NCBI GenBank assembly: GCA_963816395.1
Contig: CAWFKQ010000009.1
Span: 1 to 64,000 of the forward strand
Length of the DNA stretch: 64,000 nt
Direction: 5' to 3'
Source: an uncultured delta proteobacterium
Lineage (GTDB): Bacteria > Desulfobacterota > Desulfuromonadia > Desulfuromonadales > JACZKF01
Part shown: one piece after another, positions 54,551 through 64,000 of the stretch
Layout of the letters: each line of letters opens with the position of its first letter
Position numbering within the stretch: position 1 is the first letter of the stretch
Program-made: the position numbers and the translations under genes
Notes under the pieces: model-generated
What the model was told of the DNA's origin: nothing
The model's database searches: none
What the model saw: only the letters and a program-made list of their open reading frames with translations

Positions 54551-54668
54551 GCAGGCATCTTACCACAGGGGCTGCCGGCCAGGGAATTTTCTTGTCAACC
54601 GGAGGCATTCTGTGATATGAGCTAACAGATTGATTTCTTAATATATTTCCTCTCGGAAAGGAAGAAAT

Positions 54669-56376
54669 ATGGCCGGGACGGCGGGTTTGAAACTATCCTA
54701 TCTCAAGCGCACCTTCTTTTTCACCCATGGGGCCGGCTTCGCAGCGGGAATTCTCTTCCCCCTCTTCGCCACCCCCCTGGTCGGGCCGGCGGCTCACAGC
54801 TGGCCATTCATCCTGATCTGCCTGGCCATGGGCTTCGGCGTCGGCGCCATGATGTTCGCCTTTGTCCTGCTCACCCTGAAGCAACAGCTGCGGCGGCAGA
54901 TGGAGATTCTCCGCCCGCTGATCGGCAGTTGCAAACAGGGGGATGCGACGGTGGAAGCGCTTCAGGAGGTGATGGAAGGTTCGGTCTCCCAGCTCGAGGG
55001 GATCATCCGCGAGCTGCTGGGCACCATCGACGAATTCGTCCCCCACTACCGCTCCCTGGCCGAATCGAGTCGCTACCTTTCCGAGCGCGCCCGGGATGGA
55101 CTGATCGCCGCCCAGACAACCCGCACCGATGTCAACGCCATGGCCGGCAAGCAGCAGGAGGTCATCGCCCAGGTGCAGAACCTCTCCGACGCCTCCCAGG
55201 ACGAGGCCGCTATCTCCCGCGAGCTCTCCGCCTCCCTGGAAGAGATGGCCGGCGCCATGGATCACTCCACCGCCAAATTCCTGGAGACCACCACCAGCGT
55301 CGACGAAATGGCCTCCAGCATCAAGGAAGTCACCACCCGGGCCGATAAAATGGCGGAGGGGGTCGAGAGCGCCGGCCGGGACCTGGAATCGATCGGCGAA
55401 TCGCTGGAGCGCATCCGCAGCGGCGCCTTCACCAGCGCCCAGGCCACCGAAGCGGTGAAACAGGACGCCGAAGCCGGGCCTGCTGGTGGTCCGCTCTTCG
55501 ATGGAGGAGATGGAGCGCATCGAACAGGAAAGCCGACGGGCGATGGAAGCGATGCAGCGCCTTTCCCGGCAGACTGGCGAAGTGGCGAAGATCATCGAGG
55601 TGATCAAGGAGCTGGTCTCCGACACCGAACTGCTCGCCTTCAATGCCGCCATCATTGCCGCCAAGGCGGGCGAAGAGGGGAAGGGCTTCTCCGTGGTCGC
55701 CGAGGAGATTCGCGACCTGGCCGACCGCACCACCACCAGCGCCCAGGATATCCACCGCATCGTCAAGGCCATCGGCGGCGATACGCGGGAGGTGACCGCG
55801 GCGGTGGAAGCCACCGGCCAGCGTATCGCCAAGGGGAAGCAGCTCTCCCTCTCCACCGGCGAGGCGCTGCGCAAGATCGTCGACAGCTCCATACAGGCGG
55901 CCAAGTCGTCGGAAGAGATCGCCGGCCTGACCGAGAAGGAGGGGACGCGGGCCCGCTCCCTGCTGGAAGACGCCGGCCGCAGCCTGCGCTCGGTGAAGGC
56001 CATCGTCCGCGCCATGCGGGAGCAGCAAACCGCCATCACTCGCATTCAGGAGGGAGTGACGGAAATGAAGTCGGCCGCCGACCAGGTTGCCCGCGGCATG
56101 GAAGAGCAGGTGCGCGCCAACCGTGAGTTCGACCGGGGATTGAGTGGGCGGGAGGAGCAGATCCGGGCGATCAACGAGGCCACCCGCTTCCAGTTGAACA
56201 CCGTGCAGCGGGTATTCAAGCATTTTGAGGTATCGGAGGACCGGCTGAAGAAAAATGCCGATAAGGCAAAGATCATTGCCCAGGAAGGCAGTGAGCTGGA
56301 GGTCCTGGCCGAGCGTCTGCGGCAGCTGGTGACCGCCTTCGAGGACCGGGAGAACAATTTCCGCCAGGCCGGATAA
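54669..56376 (+). CDS. Methyl-accepting chemotaxis protein (frameshift near 55478)
   Basis: Two N-terminal TM segments; [33 protein letters not shown] signalling hairpin. Confidence 0.9.
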
Positions 56377-56445
56377 CTTCCGCCTGGCGCATGGAAGCAG
56401 AGCCCAAGGGGAAGGCGCGGCGATCTCGGCCGCGCCTTCCTTTTT

Positions 56446-56637
56446 TCATCCTTCCCGTATCCCCAGCTTGCGCAGCAGGGTAATCATCGGGCACCAGTTG
56501 GTGAAGGCGCTCTGGAACAGGTTCAGACCGACGAAGCCGGTAAACAGGAGCCACCAGGGGGAGTAGAAATGCGCCAGCAGAACGCTGGCGACCACAAAGA
56601 ACCCGGCGATCAGGCGCAGATAGCGGTTGATGGTCAT
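56446..56637 (-). CDS. DUF2892 (YgaP-like) membrane protein
   Basis: RLIAG...GFVGLNLFQSAFTNWCPM. Confidence 0.85.
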   Translation of the reverse strand: MTINRYLRLIAGFFVVASVLLAHFYSPWWLLFTGFVGLNLFQSAFTNWCPMITLLRKLGIREG

Positions 56638-59600
56638 CGTGTAAACCTCCTTGCGTGCTGTTCGGCCTTTCGGCCGTAGATGAGCCAGTAGACGACGGGG
56701 ATCACCACCAGGGTGAAGGCGGTGGAGGCGAAGACGCCGAAGATGATCGACCAGGCCAGCCCGGAGAAGATCGGGTCGAGGGTGATGACCCAGTTGCCGA
56801 GCAGGGCGGCCCCGGCGGTGAGCAGGATCGGCCGCAGGCGCACGGCGCCGCTTTCGATGATCGCCTCCTTGAGAGGCACCCCCCGCTTCAGGGCGTGGTG
56901 GATGAAATCGATGAGGATGATCGAGTTGCGCACGACGATGCCGGCCAGGGCGATCATGCCGATCATGGCGGTGGCGGTGAAGAAGACCGGGGTGTTGTAG
57001 CCGCCGACCGGATGGTCGGCGATCAGGTTGAGCAGCCAGAAGCCGGGCATGATGCCGATCATGGTCAGGGGGATGGCGGCCATGATGATCAGCGGCATGG
57101 CCAGCGACTGGGTCTCGACGATGAGCAGGATGTAGATCAGCACCAGGGCGGCGCCAAAGGCGATCCCCAGGTCGCGGAAGACATCGAGGGTGATGTTCCA
57201 CTCCCCCTCGCCGCTCCAGACCACCCGCGTCCCCGCCGGCAGCGGGTTTTTCTTGAAGAAGGAGGAGAGATTGAGGACGGCGTTCACCGGGCTCTTGCCC
57301 GCCATCTCGCCGAAGACGTAGACCACCCGCTCCAGGTTCTTGTGATAGATGGTCGGCGCCAGGCTCCCCGCGACGAAGCTGCCCAGTTCGGAGAGGGGGA
57401 CGAGGGTATCGCCGGCGCCGCGCACCTTGATCGCCCCCAGGTCCGCCGCCGACGAGCGCAGGGCGCGCGGCAGGCGGGCGACGATATCCAGGGGGCGGCG
57501 TTCGCGGGGCAGGTGCACCGTCCCCACCTTGTCGCCCCCCAGCACCAGGGCCAGGGTGCGGGTGATCTCGGCGTCGCTGATGCCGGAAAGGGCCGCCTTT
57601 TCCCGGTCCGGCACGAAGTGCAGGCGCGGCTGCGGAAACTCCACCGTGTCGTCCACATCCACTACCCGCGGCTCCCGCGTCATGCGCTCGCGCACCCGGC
57701 GGGCGGCGGCGATCTGCTGGCCATAATCCACCCCCGGCGCGGCGTAGACCTCGGCGGCGACGGTGGCGATCACCGGCGGTCCGGGGGGCGTCTCGACGAT
57801 CTTCAGGTTGGCGCCGTGCCGGCGGGCGATGGCGGTCAGCTCATCGCGCAGGCGCAAAGTGATCTCGTGGCTCTGCTGGGCACGCTTGCCCTTGGCCGCC
57901 AGGTTGATGCGGATGTCGGCGACGTTGGCGCCGCGGCGCAGGTAATAATGGCGCACCATGCCGTTGAAATCCATGGCGCTCGCCGTCCCCACGTAGGACT
58001 CGAAGTCGGTCACCTCGTTCACCCGCCCCAGGTAGCTCTCCAGGTCGCGCACCGCCGCATCGGTCGCCTCCAGCGTCGTTCCCTCCGGCATGTCCACCAC
58101 CAGCTGGAACTCGTTCTTGTTGTCGAAGGGGAGCATCTTCATCGGCACCAGATTGAGGACCGGCATGAGGGCCGAGCCGAAGAAGAGGACCACCACCACC
58201 CCGATCAGCAGCCACCCCTTCTTCCGCGAGTCGATGAAAGGCTCCAGAAGGCGCCGGTAGACCCGGTAGGTGCGGCTCTCCTCCAGGACGAATTCTTCTT
58301 GCGTGCTTGCCGTACTGCCCCTTGAGCACGTGATAGGTCATCCAGGGGGTGACGGTGAAGGCGACCAGCAGCGACATCAGCATGGTCAGCGGCACGTTGA
58401 CCGCCATCGGCCGCATGTAGGGCCCCATCATGCCGGTGATGAACATCATCGGCAGAAAGGAGACGATGACCGCCAGGGTGGCCAGGATCACCGGCGGCCG
58501 CACCTCGTCCACCGCCGTCAGCACCGCCTCGCGCGGCGGCTCCTTCTTCATCTTGAAATGGCGGTAGATGTTCTCCACGTCGACGATCGGGTCATCGACC
58601 AGCAGGCCGAGGGCGAGCACCAGGGCGAACAGGGTCACCCGGTTGATGGTATAGCCGAACCAGTAGTTCACCATCAGGGTCAGGGAGTAGATGATGGGGA
58701 TGGAGACGGCGACGATCAGCGCCTCCCGCCAGCCGAGGGCGAAGAGGATCAGCGCCAGCACGGTGACGATGGCGATCAGCAGGTGGCGGATCAGCTCGTT
58801 CACCTTGTGGTTGGCGGTCTCGCCGTAGTCGCGGGTGACCCGCACCTGCATGTTGTCGGGGATGATCGTCCCCTGCATGCCGTGCACCGCGGCGATGACA
58901 TCGTCGGCCACGTTGACCGCATTGGTCCCCTTCTTCTTGGCGACGGCGATGTTCACCGCCTGATATTCCCTGCCGGCCGCTCCGGCGGCGGCATCGGCGG
59001 CCGGGCCGAAGCCGATGCGCGTATAGGTGTCGGCCTCGGCCATGCCGTCGGTCACCTCGGCGACGTCCCGCAGGTAGACCGGCCGACCGCCATCGACCCC
59101 GATCACCAGGTCGGCCGCCTCCCGCGCCGAGGTGAGAAAGGCGCCGCCGCGCACCAGGATCTGGCGGTCGTTGCGATCGAAGCTGCCGGCCGGCAGCTCC
59201 AGGTTGGCTGCCTGCAGGGCGCGGCGGACATCGGCCGGGGCAAGGCCGCGGGCGGCCAGGGCCTGGGGCCGCAGGTCGACGCGGATCTGCCGCGGGACGG
59301 CCGCCGATGACGGTAGTGACGTTGGTGTTCTTCACCGACTGCAGGCGGTCGACCACCTCTTCGGCCACCCGGCGCAGCTGGTAGTCGGAGCTGTTCTCCG
59401 CGTAGAGGGTGAAGTTGACGATCGGCACGTCATCGACCGCCACCGGCTTGATCACCCAGCCGCTCACCCCCGGCGGCACGATATCGGTGTGGGTGGCGAT
59501 CTGGTTGTGCAGCTTGACCAGGGAAGCGAGGCGATCCTCCCCGACATAAAAGCGGACGGTGACGATGGCCAGATCCGGCCGCGACATGGAGTACACGTAC

Positions 59601-59857
59601 TCGACCCCGTCCACCTGCCAGAGGAGCTTCTCCAGGGGGGTGGCGACCAGCTTCTCCACCTCCTGGGCGCTCGCCCCGGGCATGTGCACATAGACATCCG
59701 CCAGGGGCACCTCGATCTGCGGCTCCTCCTCGCGCGGCGTGAGCAGCAGGGCCGCCGCCCCGGCGACTACCGCAAGGATAATGAGGATGACCGACAGGTT
59801 GCCCTCGAGAAACTTGTCGACGATCCGGGTGGGCAGGGAATGCTTCTTTGCCGCCAT
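56634..59857 (-). CDS. RND efflux permease, AcrB family (two frameshifts)
   Basis: PREEEPQI, GLLVDDPIVDVEN, GIVVRNSIILIDF, RLRPILLT. Confidence 0.9.
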
Positions 59858-59862
59858 CTGCT

Positions 59863-60977
59863 TCAGCCCTCCAGGCGGGCGCCGCTGCGCGCCCGCTCGA
59901 CCCCGCCGACGACGATGCTGTCGCCGGGCTCAAGGCCGGAGAGGATCTCCAGCCGCCCATCGATTTCCCGGCCGGTCTTGACCAGCCGATAGTGGAGAAT
60001 GTTATCCCGAACCAGATAGACGCCGGTCAGCTGCCCGCGCTCCACCACCGCCGCCGCCGGCACCAGGATGGTGGGACGCTCGCCGCCGGGGAAGAGCATG
60101 CGGGCGAACAGGCCGGCGTTCACTTCGGCCTTTTCCGGCAGCTCCGCCTTCACCTGAAAGGTGCGGCTGCGCGGGTCGGCAGCCGCCTGTACCTCGCTGA
60201 TGCGCGCAGGGTACGTCTTGTTCAAGGCGGGGATTTCCACCTGCACCGGATCGCCGACGGCGACCTGCCCGGCCTTCGACTCGGGAAGCTCGCCCCGCAC
60301 CCGCCACCCGCCGAGGCGGTCGAGAACCAGCAGCGGTGTGCCCGGCTGGACGGTGGAGCCTTCCTCCACCTCCCGGCGCACCACCCGGGCGGCATAAGGG
60401 GCGGTGACCCGGGAATAGGCGAGAGCGGTGCGGGCGGCGCTGCGGCGCCGATTTGGCGCCGGCGACCGCCGCCTCGGCCGCCGCCACCTGCTGGCGGGCC
60501 TCCTCCAGCTCGGCCGAAACCCGGTCCATCTCCTGGGCGGTGACCGCCTCATTGCGGAACAGGCGCTGGTAGCGGTCAAACGTTTTCTGCGGCCAGCTGC
60601 GCCCGCGCCCGCGCCGCCGCCAGGCGATTCTGCGCCGCGTCCAGGGCGGCTTCCGCCTCCTGCAGCCGATCAGCCCGCCTGATTGTCGGAGATGGTGAGC
60701 AGGAGCTCGCCGCCCTGCACTGTCTCGCCGGTGCGGACCGCGATGCGAAGCACCCGGCCGTCGGTGCGCGCCGCCAACTCCCCGCGATCCCGGCTCTCCA
60801 CCGTGCCGACGTAGGCTTCGGCGCCGGTCAGGGTGCTTTCGCCGACCGTCGCCACGGTCAGACCACGGACGATCGGATGCTCGCCGGGACGGACACCCGG
60901 CTCGATGTCCCCGCCGCAGGCGGCCAGGATCAGCAGGGGCAGGGCAAGAGGCGGCAAATAGGGAAAAGGCGGTTCAC
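59863..60977 (-). CDS. RND periplasmic adaptor (MFP), frameshifted
   Basis: Lipoprotein LAAC, lipoyl-like segment, VTAPY, DPRSRTFQVK, ILSGL. Confidence 0.87.
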
Positions 60978-62306
60978 GGCTGGTCCTCCTTGGACGCGGG
61001 AAGCAGGGTCTGGACGAAATCACCCTGCTGAAAGTGCTGATTGCCTAAGGCGAGCAGGTAGCGGCTTTCGGCCTGAATCCGGTCGAAACGGACCCGGTCG
61101 AGGGCCGACTGGGTGGCGAGCAGTTCGGAAAGATCGACCAGGCCGGCATCAAAACGCTGGCGGGTCAGGCGGTAGCTCTCCTGCGCCTCCGCCAGCGAAG
61201 CCTGGGCGGTGGCGGCCTGGAGGCGGGCCTCCGCGGCCCGCCGCTGCGCCTCGTCCACCGCCAGCCGGGCCTGCCGCGTGGCCTCGCGGACCCGCGCGGC
61301 GGCGGCTTTTTCGGTGGCGGCGGTGCGGCTGGCGGCATAATGGCGGCGCCCGCCGTCGAAGAGCTCCCAGGAGAGCCCCGCCCGCACCGTCCAGCTGTCG
61401 GCATCGGTGCCGAAGGGGGCCTCGCCGTCGTGCAGGGCATAGGAGGCGGCGAGCCCCAGGCGCGGCAGATAGGCGGCGCGGCTTTGTTCATGGGCGAGGG
61501 CGGCCGCCCGTACCTGCTGGCGCATGGCCTCCAGGTCGGCCCGCTGCAGGGGGACCTCGGCGGGCGGCGTCAGCCGCTGCGGCTCCAGGGGCGCGGCGAT
61601 TTCCACCTCCCCCTCGCGCCCCATGGCCACCGCCAGGCGGCGGCGGGCCAGGATCAGGTCGTTTTCGGCGCTGACGGATCGCCGTTCGGCTTCGGAGAGG
61701 AAAACGCGGGCGCGCAGCTCATCCGCCTTCAGGCCGACCCCGGCCTGCCGTCGTTCGCCGCTCAGCCGCACGATCTCCTCCGCTTCGCGCCGGCTCGTCT
61801 TTACCCAGTCGAGCGCGGCCCCTGCCTGCTGCACCGCCAGGTAAGCGCGAAAGGCGGCGAAAGCGGCCTCCTCGGCGCTCCAGCGGGCACCGGCCGCGGC
61901 CGCCTCGGCGCCGGCCTCCGCGCGGCGCCGGTCGATAGGCGATATCGGTATCGAAAAGAGGCTGTTCGAGGGTCAGGCGCGTTTCGAAGTCCTTGCGGGC
62001 GGGGGGAAAATTGTAGGGATCGGCGCTGGAGCTGAGTTCCAGTTCCTGCTGGTTGAGGTTGATGAACAAGCTGCCGGCCGGCTCGTCGGTCCAGGTGAAG
62101 TTTTCCCCGAGAGTTATTCTGGGGAAATAGCGGCTGCGCGCCTCGCCGACGGCTGCCTTGGCGGCGCTGGCGTCCTGGCGCGCCGCCTGGACCAGGGGGC
62201 GGGCGGCCACCGCCGCCTGCACGGCCTGCCCGAGGGTCACCGTTTCGGCCCGCGCCAGGGGTGCGGTCAACAGAAGGAACAGCGCCGGAAGGGCGGATCG
62301 GTACAT
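60974..62306 (-). CDS. TolC-family outer membrane protein (frameshifted)
   Basis: TLGQAVQAA, ARSRYFPRI, two OEP repeats, RFDAGL. Confidence 0.87.
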
Positions 62307-62673
62307 GGTATCCTCCAAATAATTCGAATAAATATATATATAAAAACCGCCTGGAATTCAACACTTTTTTCTTCACTGCAGGCAAGCTGTGTTCTCAGCA
62401 GGGGGAAAGAATGGTCCAATTTTCCTGCCCCTCAAGCTTACCAAACCAGGCTTCTGCCGTTTTTTAAGTTCCTGATATTTTTCTTTTTCTTCATTCGTGA
62501 AGGGGATAGGCGTTGGTGGTCAATTTCTCGCCGCGCCCTCTACTGCAACGCCGCAACCCGCGACAATCCATCCGTTGTAACGATCGGAATCGCCTCTTGA
62601 GATGGCTTCCAGGAGAGCTAGACTGGAAACAGAACGCCCGCAGAAGGAGCGGGCGGTTTTCCCGGAGGTGCCT

Positions 62674-63337
62674 ATGAACCATACCGACAGCCATCTCGTT
62701 CAGCAGATCCACGGCACCCTCACCCACGATACCCGCGTCAATCTGAACGAAAGCGCTCTTTCCATAATCGAGGACAACGGCATCGTCACCCTCTCCGGCA
62801 CCGTTCCCAGCGTGGCCGCCAAACGCCTGGCCGTCCGCCTGACCGAAACCGTCCCGGGAGCCAAAGTCGGTCCGTGATGAGCTGCGGGTGACGGTGATCA
62901 ACGCCATGGGCGATCTGGAACTGGCCGAGCGGATACGCAATGCATTTCTTCAGGACCGCAACATCGAAGAGGATCACATCGATATCGCCACCGACCGGGA
63001 TGGCAGGGTGATCCTCCGTGGCCGCGTCCACTCCCTCATCCAGCGCCGCCTCTGCGAAGTGCTCTGCTGGTGGAACCCCGGGGTGAGCGCCGTCAGCAAC
63101 CTGATCATTGTCGACCCGCCGGACCAGGACAATGACGAGGAACTCAAGGACAACCTGATCACCATCATGGAAAAGGATATCCTGGTCAACCCGAAGAAAT
63201 TCCGCATCGAGGTGCATGCGGGGCGGGTCCTCCTGCGCGGCCGCGTCGACTCCCCGATGGAGAGGAGCGCGGCCGAAAAGGACTGCTGGTACACTCCCGG
63301 GGTGATGGATGTGGAAAACCGGCTGACGGTGGGTTAG
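62674..63337 (+). CDS. BON-domain protein (frameshift near 62870)
   Basis: Three BON repeats (GIVTLSGTV, GRVILRGRV, GRVLLRGRV...PGVMDVENRL). Confidence 0.85.
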
Positions 63338-63404
63338 CAGGAAAGGGCTTGCCCAATGCCGGGCCAACGCTATATATTGACTTCCATATGCATGGAGGTC
63401 ACCA

Positions 63405-63560
63405 ATGGAACTGCTCCTGATCCTTTTCGCCGTCCTCTTCTGGTTCGTCATGAACCGCTGGATCCTTCCCCGCTTGGGGATACAGACCTGAATGAGCGAT
63501 GCCTGCAGCCTTCCGGTGCGGAAGGACGAGAACCCCTCAGAGGGAAATCCCCCCGAATGA
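63405..63560 (+). CDS. Small single-TM protein, candidate selenoprotein (in-frame TGA at codon 29)
   Basis: RBS ggaggt; MELLLILFAVLFWFVMNRWILPRLGIQT-TGA-MSDACSLPVRKDENPSEGNPPE*; SECIS-like hairpin at 63509-63525. Confidence 0.6.
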
Positions 63561-63589
63561 AGAAAGCGGCCAATCGGCCGCTTTCTTTA
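63561..63589. terminator. Bidirectional intrinsic terminator
   Basis: agaaagcggcc-aatc-ggccgctttcttt between convergent genes. Confidence 0.8.
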
Positions 63590-63590
63590 T

Positions 63591-64000
63591 TTACAGATAG
63601 GGGGAGAACAGCTTGGCGAAAGCGTCGCGCAGTTTAAGCGGCAGGCGACGGGCATCGAGTTCGTCCAGGGATACGGCCCGGGAGCGGGCGCGCACCACGT
63701 CGAAATGGCGGCCGAGGGTCTGCGGTAAAGGTGGGGTCGTAGACTTCCAGGTTGAACTCGAAATTCAGGCGCAGACTGCGGGGATCGAGGTTGGCGGAAC
63801 CGACCAGGGCATACTGGTCGTCGGTCAGCAGGATCTTGCTGTGGACAAAAGGCGGCGGTTGGAAATAGACGTGGGTGCCGTATTTGAGCATTTCCCACAG
63901 ATAGGAGCGGGTGGCCCAGGCCAGATAGGGCAGGTTGTTCTTCTCGGGAAGGATGATCTCCACCTGCACCCCGCGCAGGGCGGCGGCGGTTATGGCGGAG
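63591..64000 (-). CDS. cls: Cardiolipin synthase, C-terminal part (runs off the window)
   Basis: HSKILLTD HKD motif, VGSANLDPRSLRLNFE. Confidence 0.85.

Overview
GC-rich deltaproteobacterial DNA, most like Desulfuromonadales/Geobacterales. Many single-base frameshifts, including several in the essential serS, look like assembly errors rather than biology. There are four zones. (1) 1-4976: a tandem array of integrase-less islets downstream of tRNA-Ser(CGA), with two extra copies of the tRNA 3' end. Cargo is almost entirely toxin-antitoxin modules: AbiEi/AbiEii, HipBA, and decayed second copies of each. (2) 4991-7774: tadA and a lexA-orf-dinB SOS cassette with a Geobacter-type LexA box. (3) 7828-40900: a visibly lower-GC catabolic island of about 33 kb lying between tadA/lexA-dinB and tRNA-Arg(ACG). 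It encodes a TRAP transporter, FixCX, EtfAB, a B12 acyl-CoA mutase with a remodelled pocket, an ATP-dependent hydantoinase/oxoprolinase pair, two xanthine-dehydrogenase-family Mo subunits (one HcrA-like and lacking the catalytic Glu), CoA ligases and a CoA transferase, an epimerase, an acyl-CoA dehydrogenase lacking the usual catalytic Glu, a MoxR/VWA pair and a two-component system. The set resembles an expanded anaerobic indole-3-acetate (iaa)-type pathway. (4) 41003-64000: core genome with three tRNAs, serS, fumC, wrbA, tcdA, tatD, an MCP, an RND efflux operon, a BON protein and cls, plus an unannotated candidate small membrane selenoprotein with a SECIS-like hairpin at 63405-63560.
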